Below are positions 1 to 11,485 of a DNA stretch of 49,457 bases, one piece after another (the stretch's first letter is position 1; every line of letters begins with the position of its first letter). Source of the DNA: an alpha proteobacterium SCGC AAA280-B11 (GTDB taxonomy: Bacteria; Pseudomonadota; Alphaproteobacteria; Pelagibacterales; Pelagibacteraceae). The stretch covers positions 1-49,457 of the forward strand of contig AQUH01000003.1 of the NCBI GenBank assembly GCA_000371745.1. The letters run 5' to 3'. Position numbers and translations under genes: made by a program. Under the pieces are notes generated by a model. The model had not been told where the DNA came from, searched no databases, and saw only the letters and a list, made by a program, of their open reading frames with translations.

Positions 1-1330
1 AGAAATTCAATATCTCAAAGAAAGAAGAAGAGAGCTTGGTGGTTTTATTCCTTCTCGAAGAACAAAAACAAAAGCTTTAAAAGCTCCGGCTCCAGAAATT
101 TTTGAATCCTCTTATGTGGATTCAGGAGATAGAGAACTATCAACGACTATGGCTCTTGTTAATATGCTTACTAAAATTTTAAGAGATAAAGAATATTCTT
201 CTAGATTGGTTCCAATTATTCCGGACGAGGCTAGAACTTTCGGAATGGAGGGCTTCTTTCAAAAAATTGGAATTTATGCTCACGAAGGTCAAAAATATGA
301 GCCTGTAGATTCGGAACAATTAAGCTCTTACCGCGAAGATAAAAAAGGACAAGTTTTAGAAGAAGGAATTACAGAAGCTGGTGCTGTATCTTCTTGGTTA
401 GCGGCAGGAACTGCTTACTCAAATCATAATATTGAAATGATTCCAATTTATCTTTTTTATTCAATGTTTGGATTTCAAAGAATTGGTGACTTTGCCTGGG
501 CAGCAGGAGATTCTCGATGTAGAGGGTTTTTAATTGGAGCAACATCTGGAAGAACAACATTGGCTGGTGAAGGTCTGCAACACCAAGATGGTCATAGTTT
601 AGTAATGGCCTCAATGATTCCAAATTGTGTAAGTTACGATCCAACATTTGCATTTGAATTAGCTGCAATTTTTGAAGATGGATTAAAGAGAATGCATGAG
701 AAACAAGAAAGTATTTATTATTATATAACAACTTTAAATGAGAACTATAAACATCCAGCGATGCCGAAAAGTATTAAAAAAGAAGATATCTTAAAAGGAA
801 TGTATCTCTTTAAAGAAATAAACAATAAAGGAAAAACTAAAGTTCAATTACTAGGGTCAGGAGCAATTTTAAATGAAGTTATTAAAGCAGCCGAAATATT
901 AAGTTCTGATTATGGGATTGATTCAGATGTTTGGAGCGTAACAAGTTTTACTGAGCTCAGAAGAAATGCGATAGAAGTTGAAAGAAAAAATTTACTACAT
1001 CCAGATAAAAAACCTGAAAAGACTTATATAGAAAAATGTTTTGAGAAAAGAACAGGGCCTTTTATAGCCGCAACTGACTATATTAGAACCTTATCCGAGG
1101 GAATTAGAAATTATGTACCAGGAACTTATGTAACTTTGGGCACTGACGGTTTTGGAAGAAGCGACACCAGAAAGAATTTAAGAAAATTCTTTGAAGTAAA
1201 TAAAGAATTTATTGTATTTTCAACTTTAAGTACTTTAGCCAAAGAACAGAAAATTGCCTCAAAAGTGGCCACTGATGCAATGAAAAATTATAAAATTGAT
1301 CCTAATAAGCCGATCCCAACAAAATTATAG
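1..1330 (+). CDS. aceE: Pyruvate dehydrogenase E1 component (homodimeric type), 5'-truncated by window edge
   Basis: Frame is open from position 2 (EIQYLKERRRELGGFIPSRR...). Motifs PDEARTFGMEG, YSMFGFQRIGD, GEGLQHQDG, LGTDGFGRSDTR; followed by E2. Confidence 0.97.
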   Translation, partial: EIQYLKERRRELGGFIPSRRTKTKALKAPAPEIFESSYVDSGDRELSTTMALVNMLTKILRDKEYSSRLVPIIPDEARTFGMEGFFQKIGIYAHEGQKYEPVDSEQLSSYREDKKGQVLEEGITEAGAVSSWLAAGTAYSNHNIEMIPIYLFYSMFGFQRIGDFAWAAGDSRCRGFLIGATSGRTTLAGEGLQHQDGHSLVMASMIPNCVSYDPTFAFELAAIFEDGLKRMHEKQESIYYYITTLNENYKHPAMPKSIKKEDILKGMYLFKEINNKGKTKVQLLGSGAILNEVIKAAEILSSDYGIDSDVWSVTSFTELRRNAIEVERKNLLHPDKKPEKTYIEKCFEKRTGPFIAATDYIRTLSEGIRNYVPGTYVTLGTDGFGRSDTRKNLRKFFEVNKEFIVFSTLSTLAKEQKIASKVATDAMKNYKIDPNKPIPTKL

Positions 1331-1335
1331 TTAAA

Positions 1336-2616
1336 ATGTCCAAAACCGCTGATCTAATTGTTCCAAATATTGGTGATTTTAAAAATGTAGAAATTATAGA
1401 AATTTTAGCAAAACCAGAACAGAACATAAAAAAAAATGATGGCCTTATTACTTTGGAAAGCGATAAATCAAGCGTTGAAGTTCCCTCTCAATTTTCTGGA
1501 AAAATAAAAAATATAAAAGTTAAAGTTGGAGATAGAGTTTCTCAGGGAGACATAATAGGGCAAATTGAATTATCCTCTAATGAAAAAATAGAAGAAAAAA
1601 ATAATAATAAATCTAATAAAAATTTAAATACTCCAGTTTCAAGTCAAAATGCAGAAACACAAACAGTTCGTGCTACTCCTGTTAAAAATGAAAATAATTA
1701 TACAAAAAGTGCAAGTCCAAAAATAAAAAAATTTGCTAGAGAGTTAGGCGTTGACCTTCAATTAGTAGATGGGAGCGCAAGAAAAGGAAGGGTTGTTGAA
1801 GAGGATGTTAAACAATTTATCAAAGGTACTCTTAACACGAGAATCTTAAAAGAAGAGGTAATTAAAAAAATAGAAACAAAAGAAGAAAAACTTCCATTTG
1901 AACACGAAGAATTTGGAGAAATTGATATTCAAAAAATCCCAAGGATTAAAAGATTATCAGGACCCCATTTAGTTAAGGCTTGGAATGAAATTCCTCACGT
2001 AACTCAATTTGATGAAGTTGATGTTACAGATATGGAGCACTTTAGAAAAAATTTAATAGATCTTAATACAAAAGAAAAAATCACGATAACTCCTCTTGCC
2101 TTTATTATGAAAGCATTAGTGAATGCGATGAGAAAATACCCTAATTTTAACTGTTCATTAGAATCGAGAAATGAAAACATTATCTATAAAAAATATTTCC
2201 ATATTGGAATTGCAGTTGATACTCCGCATGGTTTAATGGTTCCTAAGATTAGAAATGTCGATCAAAAGGATCTTCTAACTTTAAGTAATGAGCTTAGAAA
2301 GATTAGTAAATTAAGTAAAGAACTCAAAATAGACAAAAAAGAATTTTTTGGAGGATCAATGACAATATCGAGCCTGGGTGGAATAGGAGGAAGTTTTTTT
2401 ACCCCAATTATAAATAATCCTGAAGTAGCAATTATTGGAATTGGAAAAACAGAAATAAAACAAATATTTATAGATGGACAATTTATACCAAGAGCAATGA
2501 TGCCTATATCTCTTTCATACGATCATAGAATAATAGATGGAGCAGAGGCTGCTAGATTTTGTCAGGATCTTAAAGCTAGCCTTGGAAAAAACTTTGCTTT
2601 CAATTTATCATTTTAA
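1336..2616 (+). CDS. aceF: Dihydrolipoamide acetyltransferase (PDH E2), single lipoyl domain
   Basis: Lipoyl motif ESDKSSVEVP, E3-binding domain (ASPKIKKFARELGVDL...GRV), catalytic DHRIIDG. Confidence 0.96.
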   Translation: MSKTADLIVPNIGDFKNVEIIEILAKPEQNIKKNDGLITLESDKSSVEVPSQFSGKIKNIKVKVGDRVSQGDIIGQIELSSNEKIEEKNNNKSNKNLNTPVSSQNAETQTVRATPVKNENNYTKSASPKIKKFARELGVDLQLVDGSARKGRVVEEDVKQFIKGTLNTRILKEEVIKKIETKEEKLPFEHEEFGEIDIQKIPRIKRLSGPHLVKAWNEIPHVTQFDEVDVTDMEHFRKNLIDLNTKEKITITPLAFIMKALVNAMRKYPNFNCSLESRNENIIYKKYFHIGIAVDTPHGLMVPKIRNVDQKDLLTLSNELRKISKLSKELKIDKKEFFGGSMTISSLGGIGGSFFTPIINNPEVAIIGIGKTEIKQIFIDGQFIPRAMMPISLSYDHRIIDGAEAARFCQDLKASLGKNFAFNLSF

Positions 2617-2618
2617 AG

Positions 2619-3725
2619 ATGGTAAATGGCCACTGTGAAGAAAAATATAACTCTGTTAAAAAAATATTTAAAGATTATTTCTTAAACAATCAAGAAATTG
2701 GAGCATCATTTGCGATATATAAGGAAGGAAAGCCCTTAATAGATTTGTGGGGTGGTTTACAAAATAAAGATAATAAAAAATGGAAAGAAAATACTATCGT
2801 AAATGTATTTTCAGCAACAAAAGGTATTTATGAAATTATCGTCTCAATTTTGATTGACCAAAATATTTTAGATTTAGAAAAACCTGTTTCTTATTATTGG
2901 CCTACTTTTAAGCAAAGTAATAAAAAAGAAATTAGATTAAAACATATTCTATCTCATCAATCTGGTCTCTATAGATTTAAAGAAAAAATAACACAGCAAG
3001 ATCTTTTGGATTGGAATAAAATAATATCTATTTTAGAAAATCAAGAGCCAGATCATAAACCTGGAGAAAAAACTTATTATCATGCAAAGACTCATGGATT
3101 TTTAATTGGTGAAATAATAAAAAAAATAACAAAAAAAAGTTTAGGTGAATTAGTCTATGAATTTTTATCAAAGAAACTAAGCTTAGATTTTTTTATTGGA
3201 ACTCCAAAAAATCAATTATCAAATATTGCTTTTCTTTACCAAGACCAAACTGAAAGTAAAATAATATCTGAATTTAATGCTTTCAATAATCCTGAACACG
3301 AAATAAGTTTCTACAATAAAAGAGACTGGCAAATTGCTGAGGTACCTTCAATGAATGGGCATGGAAGCGCTAAATCAATTGCTAAAATTTATGATGTTTT
3401 TGTCAATGATTTAATATTAGAAAGAAATATTTTATTATCCAAAACATCGATTAAAAAATGCCTAAATGAAAGCATTGGAAGAATTGACCAAAGCTTAATG
3501 CTGCCAATCAGATGGTCGGACGGTGGTTTGATACTTAGAGGTGGTTGGTTATTTGGAAAAAATAAAGAATCGTTTGGTCATAATGGTTGGGGTGGTTCAC
3601 TAGGTTTCGCCGACCCTATATTGGGAATAGGTGTTGGATATACCACAAATAAAATTAATCCTACTATGGCTTCAGACCAAAGAATTATAAATTTATTAAA
3701 AGAATTCTATAGAATTAACTCTTAA
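2619..3725 (+). CDS. Serine hydrolase, beta-lactamase/EstA-like esterase family
   Basis: SxxK motif (FSATK), LSHQSGL, YH motif, FGHNGWGGSLGFADP. Confidence 0.85.
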   Translation: MVNGHCEEKYNSVKKIFKDYFLNNQEIGASFAIYKEGKPLIDLWGGLQNKDNKKWKENTIVNVFSATKGIYEIIVSILIDQNILDLEKPVSYYWPTFKQSNKKEIRLKHILSHQSGLYRFKEKITQQDLLDWNKIISILENQEPDHKPGEKTYYHAKTHGFLIGEIIKKITKKSLGELVYEFLSKKLSLDFFIGTPKNQLSNIAFLYQDQTESKIISEFNAFNNPEHEISFYNKRDWQIAEVPSMNGHGSAKSIAKIYDVFVNDLILERNILLSKTSIKKCLNESIGRIDQSLMLPIRWSDGGLILRGGWLFGKNKESFGHNGWGGSLGFADPILGIGVGYTTNKINPTMASDQRIINLLKEFYRINS

Positions 3726-3752
3726 TTCTAAAAACCTATCTAGATATAAAAT

Positions 3753-4373
3753 CTAATGTTTCAACTGTTTAAAAAATGCACTAACGCGATGACGTAATTG
3801 CTCATACCAAACAACGCCTTTATCTCGCACCCAATTTAATTGTATAACTCTACGCTCACCTTCAAAACTTTCATGACCATGCCAAGAGTTCGGCTGGTTC
3901 AGAAATGCAATCAATGTTCCTTGGGCTGGAGGAACCTCTAAAAAAGCATCATTAAGATTATCTGGAGAACGCAAAAGACGTAAACGTCCACCTGGCTTTT
4001 CCCATTTATCATTCATATAAATTAGAACAGTAATTAACTTACTTTTGCTATCGGTGTGAATTTTACCGTCTGTAGCACGACAACGAGCACGCACAGTGAT
4101 AGTCGTAGGTCTATTAGTTAAATTAATGCCAAATTTATCAGTCATTATAGCAGTCATTTCCTCACTGCTTATATCTTGCATAAAACGTTTAAAATTTTCT
4201 CCGTAACTTAATGAGGCTAAAGGGAGACTCCCTGGGACGCTAACTTTTGGATAATCAGATTCAATGTCTGTCATTACTTCATTCTTTACAAAGCCTGGAA
4301 CAACGAGATAAGGAAAGGGTACCTTCGTTACAGGCGTTGATTTAAGAGCTTTAAAATTTACAGTAGCATTCAT
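3753..4373 (-). CDS. 2OG-Fe(II) oxygenase superfamily protein
   Basis: HxD (IHTDS), GGRLRL, distal His (WHGH), RRVIQLNW 2OG-binding Arg. Confidence 0.85.
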   Translation of the reverse strand: MNATVNFKALKSTPVTKVPFPYLVVPGFVKNEVMTDIESDYPKVSVPGSLPLASLSYGENFKRFMQDISSEEMTAIMTDKFGINLTNRPTTITVRARCRATDGKIHTDSKSKLITVLIYMNDKWEKPGGRLRLLRSPDNLNDAFLEVPPAQGTLIAFLNQPNSWHGHESFEGERRVIQLNWVRDKGVVWYEQLRHRVSAFFKQLKH

Positions 4374-4447
4374 GTAGATATATTTAATAAATTAATTTTT
4401 CTTTACATCAAGAAAATTTTAAAATTTTTCAAATAATTTCTTGATTT

Positions 4448-4537
4448 TGGCGGAGAGAAAGGGATTCGAACCCTTGATACCTTTAACAGTATACACGCTT
4501 TCCAAGCGGGCGCCTTCAACCACTCGGCCATCTCTCC
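4448..4537 (-). tRNA. tRNA-Ser (anticodon GGA)
   Basis: Reverse complement GGAGAGATGGCCGAGTGGTTGAAGGCG...TTGGAAA...GGTTCGAATCCC...TCTCTCCGCCA; long variable arm; encoded CCA. Confidence 0.97.
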
Positions 4538-5526
4538 AATTTTTTATTATTTATTAAAAATTTAAGATCATTAATTAATTTTAAATTATAATTTTTAATA
4601 AAATTTTTTTTTATATTAGTTTTATTTCTTATAATGTTTTCAAGATTGTGAATGGTATTAAAAATAAAATTATCAAATCTTTTTTTTTCATATTTATATG
4701 TAAATTCGTTATCTAGAATAATTTTTTTATTATATGAAACTCCTTTATAAATCCAACTAGATACTCGATAACGATAAACAGAATCTTTTAAAGGTAAGTA
4801 AATTGCATCAACTCTTTTAATAATATTTTCACTAATATTCTCAATAAAAATAATATTTTTTAAAATTTTTATTTTTTTGGATAATACAATAAATATAAAA
4901 TCATTATTTTTTTTTACAAAGGAATATAGATGAGAAAAATTAATGTTAAATCTTGAGGGAATTAAAATGACACCTTTATAATTTTTTTTAAAATTATTTA
5001 AATTAATATCTTTTTCTGAATAAATTTTTTTTAAGTCTTTATAGTCTTTTACAATAGGATGATTTGTAACGTAACAATCTGTTAGAAAAAAATTTTTAAC
5101 AAAAAAATATTGGTTTTTTGTATATACCAAACGAACTGCTGAACGATCTATTAATTTATTAAAAAAAAAGTTGAATTTTTTTTCTAAACTTAAGGTATCA
5201 TGTTCCACTAAAAAAAATGTAATTTTTTTATATTTTAAATAATATGATATTAAAAAAAAAAATTTTACTTCATAAGATAAAAATAATATTTTTTTTACAT
5301 CTTTTGAAATTAAATAGTTACAAACAGTTATTAAATTTAAAAATCTTAAAAAAATATTTTTTTTATATGAAAAAAAATTAATATTTTTTTCTTTTATATA
5401 AGGTTTAATTTTTTTATTTAAAAAAATATAACTAATATTTTTTTTAAGATTTTTAATATAAAAGTTTATAATTCCTAAATGACCTAATGGAGACTGAAGA
5501 TCAACTAGTGCTGTTTTTGTATTCAT
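4516..5526 (-). CDS. Hypothetical protein, probable divergent glycosyltransferase (GT-B-like)
   Basis: 336-aa ORF stays open despite extreme AT content. N-terminal D...GH motif and C-terminal 'DAIYLP..Y.Y..S...SYNKKII' resemble GT-B folds; weak assignment. Confidence 0.55.
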   Translation of the reverse strand: MNTKTALVDLQSPLGHLGIINFYIKNLKKNISYIFLNKKIKPYIKEKNINFFSYKKNIFLRFLNLITVCNYLISKDVKKILFLSYEVKFFFLISYYLKYKKITFFLVEHDTLSLEKKFNFFFNKLIDRSAVRLVYTKNQYFFVKNFFLTDCYVTNHPIVKDYKDLKKIYSEKDINLNNFKKNYKGVILIPSRFNINFSHLYSFVKKNNDFIFIVLSKKIKILKNIIFIENISENIIKRVDAIYLPLKDSVYRYRVSSWIYKGVSYNKKIILDNEFTYKYEKKRFDNFIFNTIHNLENIIRNKTNIKKNFIKNYNLKLINDLKFLINNKKLERWPSG

Positions 5527-5546
5527 TTACTAATATATCGAACAAA

Positions 5547-7358
5547 TTATTCATTTTTATTTATTTTTAAAACTTCAATAAAAGCTTCTTGTGGAATATC
5601 AACGCTGCCGAATTGTCTCATTCGGGCTTTTCCTTTTTTTTGTTTTTCTAGTAGTTTTTTCTTTCTATCTCTGGCTCCACCGCCGTGAATTCTACTAATA
5701 ACATCTTTTCTATAACCAGATATTGTTTCCCTTGCTATAATTTTTCCGCCAATAGCTGCCTGGATTGGTATTTGAAATTGATGTCTTGGTATTAAATCTT
5801 TTAGTCTTTCGCACATTAGTCTTCCTTGTCTTAAAGCAAAATCTTTATGAATAATCATAGATAATGCATCGACCATCTCTTCATTTACTAGTATGGATAA
5901 TTTAATCAAATCACCTTCTCTATAATCACTCAACTCATAATCAAAACTCGCATAACCACTAGAAATAGATTTAATCTTGTCGTAAAAATCAAAAACAACT
6001 TCATTTAATGGCAGTTCATAAGATAGTACTGCGCGATTTCCTGAATAACTTAAGCTTTTTTGTTTTCCTCTTTTTTCCTCGCATAATTTCATAATTGAAC
6101 CTAAATATTCTTCTGGCAGGATTATTGTTGCGTTAATCCAAGGCTCATTAATAGATTTAATAAAATTTGGTTCCGGCATATTGGCTGGGTTTTGTAGATC
6201 CATAACTGTACCATCATGTTTATTAATTTTATAAACAACACCTGGTGTTGTGGTGATTAAATTTAAATTATATTCACGATCTAATCTTTGTACGATAATT
6301 TCAAGATGAAGAAGTCCTAAAAAGCCACATCTAAAACCTAATCCTAAAGCAGCAGAGTTCTCTGGTTCATAAACAAAGCTAGAGTCGTTTAATTTTAATT
6401 TTGCAAGACTGTCTCTTAATAAATTATATTCAGTACTATCAACTGGAAATAGTCCGCAAAATACAACTGGCTTACTTGGTTTAAATCCTGGTAACGGATC
6501 TTTTATAGGATTAGAATAATCCGTTATTGTATCTCCAATTTTAGTATCCGAAAGATCTTTGATACCTGTGACTATAAAACCAATTTCCCCAGGTCCTAAA
6601 TACTCTTTATTTTCTGCTTTCGGTGTAAACACACCAACTCTTTCGACTGGATGTCTTGTGTTTGTCGACATCAATAAAATTTCCATTCCTTTTTTAATTG
6701 CTCCGTCGAGTATTCTAACCAATATAACGACTCCTAAATAGCTGTCGTACCAGCTATCAACTAGCAATGCTTTTAAAGGTAAATCTTTATTTCCTTTTGG
6801 AGCGGGAAGTCTTTCAACGATCGCTTCTAATATTTCATCTACTCCTTCTCCCGTTTTTCCAGAAGCTGTTAAAGCTTCCGAAGTGTCGATTCCTATAACA
6901 TCTTCAATTTGTTTTTTAACTCTCTCAACATCTGATGCTGGTAAATCTATTTTATTTAAAACTGTTATAATTTCATGATGATTATCCATTGCCTGATAAA
7001 CATTGGCTAAAGTTTGAGCTTCAACTCCTTGAGTGCTATCAACAATAAGCAATGATCCTTCACATGAAGCAAGTGACCTATTTACTTCATAACTAAAATC
7101 GACATGACCCGGGGTATCAATAATATTTAATATATAATTTTTACCATTTTTTTTAGATTTATAATTCAATCTAACTGTTTGAGCTTTGATTGTAATTCCT
7201 CTCTCTTTCTCTAAATCCATTGAATCTAAAACCTGAGTTGTCATCTCACGTTCTGTAAGGCCTCCACATTTTTGAATTAATCTATCTGCAAACGTAGATT
7301 TACCGTGGTCGATATGTGCAATAATTGCAAAATTTCTTATATTTTCTTGTGCAGACAT
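5547..7358 (-). CDS. lepA: Translation elongation factor 4 (LepA)
   Basis: [46 protein letters not shown]. Confidence 0.98.
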   Translation of the reverse strand: MSAQENIRNFAIIAHIDHGKSTFADRLIQKCGGLTEREMTTQVLDSMDLEKERGITIKAQTVRLNYKSKKNGKNYILNIIDTPGHVDFSYEVNRSLASCEGSLLIVDSTQGVEAQTLANVYQAMDNHHEIITVLNKIDLPASDVERVKKQIEDVIGIDTSEALTASGKTGEGVDEILEAIVERLPAPKGNKDLPLKALLVDSWYDSYLGVVILVRILDGAIKKGMEILLMSTNTRHPVERVGVFTPKAENKEYLGPGEIGFIVTGIKDLSDTKIGDTITDYSNPIKDPLPGFKPSKPVVFCGLFPVDSTEYNLLRDSLAKLKLNDSSFVYEPENSAALGLGFRCGFLGLLHLEIIVQRLDREYNLNLITTTPGVVYKINKHDGTVMDLQNPANMPEPNFIKSINEPWINATIILPEEYLGSIMKLCEEKRGKQKSLSYSGNRAVLSYELPLNEVVFDFYDKIKSISSGYASFDYELSDYREGDLIKLSILVNEEMVDALSMIIHKDFALRQGRLMCERLKDLIPRHQFQIPIQAAIGGKIIARETISGYRKDVISRIHGGGARDRKKKLLEKQKKGKARMRQFGSVDIPQEAFIEVLKINKNE

Positions 7359-9752
7359 TTAGGATCTCAATGTTGCATCAAAAAATTTTTGCATTGTTTG
7401 AATTATTTTATTACTCAATTCTTCAATTTCTTTGTCATTTAATGTTTTATCTTGTGACTGAACTACCAAATTTAATGCTACTGATTTTTTATTTTTTTCA
7501 ATATTTCCTCCTTGAAAAAGATCAAATATTCTTATTTTTTTAATTAATTTTTTATCCACATTAAACAGTGTATTAATAATTTTTTCTGCTTCAAATTTTT
7601 TATCAATAATAAATGCAAAGTCTCTTTCTATCTTTTGAAAATTTGAAACTAAATATTTAGATTTCTTTTCTGTATTTTGCTTATTTACAACTGGAATATT
7701 ATTTAAAAAGATTTGAAAACCGAAAACTGGTCCATATTTAATATCAAGTTCTTTAATAATTATGGGATTAATTTCACCAAAATTACCAATTGGTAATTGT
7801 TTATTCGAATTTAAATAAAACTTGCCTGATCTGCCCGGATGATAATACGATTCGGATTCCTGAATAACTGTTAAGTGTTGTTCGTTAATTCCAAGCTCAA
7901 TTAATGTTTTATAAACACAATCTTTAATCTCAAAAACGTCAACATCTTTGTCTTTTTCTAACCAATTTTTTCTATAAATTTTTCCAATTTGGATTCCTCC
8001 AATAACAACTATTTGCTCTCCTGGTTTTGAACCAAAAAATACTGGTCCATATTCAAAAATTTTCTGATCTTCAAAATTTCTATAAATATTATTTTTAATA
8101 TGAATTAAAAGATTTGAAAAAATAGAAGATCTTAGAGTGTCCAAGTCGCTAGAAATTGGATTGGTGATCAATAAATTCTTATTATGCGCCCCCAATAAAG
8201 AATCGATCTTTGAGTTTGTAAAAGAATAAGTAACTGTTTCCATAAAACCTTTATTGGCTATAGATCTTTGTGCAAATCTATGTAGCTTTTGTTTTCCTGT
8301 TAAAATATCTTTTGAACTATCGACTTCTGGCCTAATAAGCTCAATTTTATCATAACCTCTAATTCTTATTAACTCCTCCACTATATCAACTTCTTCATTT
8401 ATATCTGGACGCCAAGTTGGAACGATTATTGAATATACATTTTTACTTTCTTTAAATTTAAAACCTAAATTATTTAAAATTTTCTTAATTTCATTTGATG
8501 AAATTTTACTTCCTATAATTTTTTCAAATTTTTCTGAATTAAATTTAATTTGTTTATTTTTAAAATTACTTTGACCAGTGATAATGATATTACTTATTTT
8601 TCCACCACATAATTTATGAATAATTTTTGCTGCAAGTTTTAATCCATATTCCATAACATTAGGATCTACTCCTCTCTCGAATCTAAACTTAGCATCAGAA
8701 TTAACTCCTAATTTTTTTGCAATTCTTGATATTTTAACTGGATCAAACAAAGCTGACTCTAAAAAAATATTTTTAGTATCTAAGGATATTGAAGAGCTTT
8801 CTCCACCAATCACACCTCCTAAACCAAGGATGTGTTTCTCATTAGTAATTAAGCACGCTCCATCTTCAAGTGAATAATTATTATTATCTAAAGCGCTAAA
8901 CTTTTCTCCTTTTTTGGATGAACGTACGATAATTTTTCTTTCAATTTTATCTGCATCATAGGCATGCATAGGTCTATTTAAATCAAACATAATATAATTA
9001 GTAATATCAACAACAGCTGAGATTGGATTCATTCCGACCGCAATTAATTTATCTTTTAACCATTTGGGACTTTCAGTATTTTTTATTCCTTCAATGTAAC
9101 AATAATTAAATGAAGAGCATCCAGAATCAGACTCTATAATAACTTTAAACGGATTTTTAATATCACTCTTTAATTTAATTTTTTCTAAATCAATTAACTT
9201 TCCAAGGCCTGCCGTTGATAAATCCCTTGCAATACCCCTTACACCTAAACAGTCTGATCTATTGGGAGTTATAGATATATCAATTGCTGGTTCGCTATTA
9301 TTTTTAAAATAGCTATTTCCGACTTTAAATTTTTTTGAATCTAATTCAGTAATTCCTTGGCTCTCATCAGATAACCCTAGTTCTGATTCTGAGCAAAGCA
9401 TTCCATAAGAATCTACTCCTCTAATATTAGTAACTTTAATTTTAAGTTGATTTTTTGGAATAATGGCCCCTGGTCCCGCATAAACAGTTAACAAACCATC
9501 TCTAGCATTCGCAGCTCCACAAACAACTTTTAGTATTTTTCCAGACCCAATATCAACATCACATAATTTTAATTTATCTGCGTTTGGATGTTTTTCTGCT
9601 TTAATAATTTTTGCTACTAAAAAAAAATTATTTTTATCTGTTGCTCCAACGCTTTCAACTTCGAGTCCTATATTATTTAAAGTTGAAACAATCTTTTCAG
9701 TATTTGCGCTTGTCTTTAGATGATCCTTTAACCAAGAAGAAGTTATTTTCAT
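7359..9752 (-). CDS. pheT: Phenylalanine-tRNA ligase beta subunit
   Basis: [28 protein letters not shown]-terminal FDX-ACB domain; downstream of pheS. Confidence 0.97.
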   Translation of the reverse strand: MKITSSWLKDHLKTSANTEKIVSTLNNIGLEVESVGATDKNNFFLVAKIIKAEKHPNADKLKLCDVDIGSGKILKVVCGAANARDGLLTVYAGPGAIIPKNQLKIKVTNIRGVDSYGMLCSESELGLSDESQGITELDSKKFKVGNSYFKNNSEPAIDISITPNRSDCLGVRGIARDLSTAGLGKLIDLEKIKLKSDIKNPFKVIIESDSGCSSFNYCYIEGIKNTESPKWLKDKLIAVGMNPISAVVDITNYIMFDLNRPMHAYDADKIERKIIVRSSKKGEKFSALDNNNYSLEDGACLITNEKHILGLGGVIGGESSSISLDTKNIFLESALFDPVKISRIAKKLGVNSDAKFRFERGVDPNVMEYGLKLAAKIIHKLCGGKISNIIITGQSNFKNKQIKFNSEKFEKIIGSKISSNEIKKILNNLGFKFKESKNVYSIIVPTWRPDINEEVDIVEELIRIRGYDKIELIRPEVDSSKDILTGKQKLHRFAQRSIANKGFMETVTYSFTNSKIDSLLGAHNKNLLITNPISSDLDTLRSSIFSNLLIHIKNNIYRNFEDQKIFEYGPVFFGSKPGEQIVVIGGIQIGKIYRKNWLEKDKDVDVFEIKDCVYKTLIELGINEQHLTVIQESESYYHPGRSGKFYLNSNKQLPIGNFGEINPIIIKELDIKYGPVFGFQIFLNNIPVVNKQNTEKKSKYLVSNFQKIERDFAFIIDKKFEAEKIINTLFNVDKKLIKKIRIFDLFQGGNIEKNKKSVALNLVVQSQDKTLNDKEIEELSNKIIQTMQKFFDATLRS

Positions 9753-10816
9753 CTGCTAAAGCCTCTATAGTTTGCGGGTATATCTAATGGATCAAATCCA
9801 TAATGTTCTAGCCACCTAACATCTGTTTCGAAAAAAGATCTTAGATCATTTATTCCATACTTAAGCATGGCCAATCTATCAATACCGATACCAAAAGCAT
9901 AACCCTGATACATTGAAGTATTTATTTTGCAATTTTTTAAAACATTAGGATGAACCATTCCGCATCCCAATATTTCAAGCCATTTGTCTCCCTCACCAAT
10001 AACAATTTTCCCATCTTTTAATTCATAGCCAATATCAACTTCTGCTGATGGTTCAGTAAAAGGAAAGTGGCTAGGTCTAAATCTCATCTTAATTTTATCT
10101 ACTTCAAAAAATTTTCTAATAAAATAATCAAGAACTCCTTTTAGATGCCCCATGTTTACATTTTTATCTATATGCAAACCCTCGACTTGATGAAACATAG
10201 GAGTGTGCGTTTGATCACTGTCACATCTATAAGTTCTTCCAGGTGCAATAATTTTGAATGGTGGTTTTCCAGACAACATAGTCCTTATTTGAACTGGGGA
10301 AGTATGCGTTCGTAACAAAATTTCTTTGTTTTGACCTAAATAAAAAGTGTCGTGCATGTCTCGTGCTGGATGATGGGGAGGAGTATTTAATGCTGTAAAA
10401 TTGTTATACTCATTTTCAACATCAGGCCCTTCTGCTACTGAAAATCCTATCTCTCCAAAAATAGCTGTTACTTCGTCAATGACTTGTGTGACTGGATGAA
10501 TTTTACCAAAAGTGATGGGTCTTCCTGGTAAAGTAACATCAATTCTCTCTTCTGATAATTTTTTATTAATCTCTGTTTGTTCAAAGTGATTTATTTTGGA
10601 ATTAATAAGATTATTAATATTGTCTTTCAATTTATTTAGATTTGAAGCAAAATTTTTTCTTTCTTCTCCTTGAAGAGTTGTAATTTTTTTAAAAAGTTCT
10701 CCTATCTTTCCGTTTTTGCCGAAAGCTTCGGATTTTACCTGTTCAATTTTATGAAGATTATCGGATTGATCTATTTTAGATTTAAATTCTTTTTCTAAAT
10801 GTAAAATTTCATCCAT
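9749..10816 (-). CDS. pheS: Phenylalanine-tRNA ligase alpha subunit
   Basis: [28 protein letters not shown]; ATGA overlap with pheT. Confidence 0.98.
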   Translation of the reverse strand: MDEILHLEKEFKSKIDQSDNLHKIEQVKSEAFGKNGKIGELFKKITTLQGEERKNFASNLNKLKDNINNLINSKINHFEQTEINKKLSEERIDVTLPGRPITFGKIHPVTQVIDEVTAIFGEIGFSVAEGPDVENEYNNFTALNTPPHHPARDMHDTFYLGQNKEILLRTHTSPVQIRTMLSGKPPFKIIAPGRTYRCDSDQTHTPMFHQVEGLHIDKNVNMGHLKGVLDYFIRKFFEVDKIKMRFRPSHFPFTEPSAEVDIGYELKDGKIVIGEGDKWLEILGCGMVHPNVLKNCKINTSMYQGYAFGIGIDRLAMLKYGINDLRSFFETDVRWLEHYGFDPLDIPANYRGFSR

Positions 10817-10849
10817 GGCAATGTACTAGTATTTATGGAACTAGTTTTT

Positions 10850-11206
10850 CTAGTTTAGGCTAGACTGTACCTTTTTTACGATGGATTTAAAAGCCTCTGG
10901 ATTTTGGTAAGCTAAATCTGCTAAAATTTTTCTATCAATAGAAATCTTTGATTTATTAAGACCATTAATAAATTTAGAATAAGTTAATCCTTGCTCTCTA
11001 ACACCCGCATTAATTCTCTGTATCCAAAGCGACCTAAAATTTCTTTTTTTGGTTCTACGATCTCTATAAGAATATTGTAAAGATTTTTCTACTGATTGTT
11101 TAGCAGTTCTAATTGTGTTTTTTTTTCTTCCGTAGAAACCTTTGGCAGCTTTTAAAACTTTTTTATGTTTTGCGTGACTTGCTACCCCTCGTTTAACTCG
11201 TGACAT
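10850..11206 (-). CDS. rplT: 50S ribosomal protein L20
   Basis: MSRVKRG...[14 protein letters not shown]...DRKILADLA. Confidence 0.98.
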   Translation of the reverse strand: MSRVKRGVASHAKHKKVLKAAKGFYGRKKNTIRTAKQSVEKSLQYSYRDRRTKKRNFRSLWIQRINAGVREQGLTYSKFINGLNKSKISIDRKILADLAYQNPEAFKSIVKKVQSSLN

Positions 11207-11209
11207 AAA

Positions 11210-11416
11210 TTAACCTCTTAGACTGTTTGGCATGTAAGACTTAACAATCTTTGCGTCAGGTTTTGACATGATTGCCATTCCTCTTTGTTTTCTAATTTGA
11301 GCATTGCTTCTTTTAATCATACCGTGTCTTTTTCCAGCTTGTGGCATTTTTACTTTACCTGTTGCTGTAATTCTAAATCTTTTTTTAGCTGAGCTCTTAG
11401 TTTTAATCTTATACAT
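11210..11416 (-). CDS. rpmI: 50S ribosomal protein L35
   Basis: [20 protein letters not shown]...GKRHGMIKR; lies between infC and rplT. Confidence 0.97.
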   Translation of the reverse strand: MYKIKTKSSAKKRFRITATGKVKMPQAGKRHGMIKRSNAQIRKQRGMAIMSKPDAKIVKSYMPNSLRG

Positions 11417-11485
11417 AAAATAAATACCTGCGGTTTATACTAATATTAAAGATGAAAAACAATAAGTATGAAGGTGAAGAAACTG

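Noticed and set aside
2617-3725. Missing lpd (E3) after aceEF; beta-lactamase as a resistance gene
   Set aside because: lpd can lie elsewhere in the genome, and the SxxK protein lacks a signal peptide and looks like a cytoplasmic esterase.
3726-4460. Prophage or integrative element at tRNA-Ser
   Set aside because: No integrase and no duplicated tRNA 3' end (att site) seen.
4494-4510. C-U mismatch in the tRNA-Ser anticodon stem (CCCGC/GCGTG)
   Set aside because: Single mismatch with all other arms intact; likely a tolerated variant or sequencing error, not a pseudogene.
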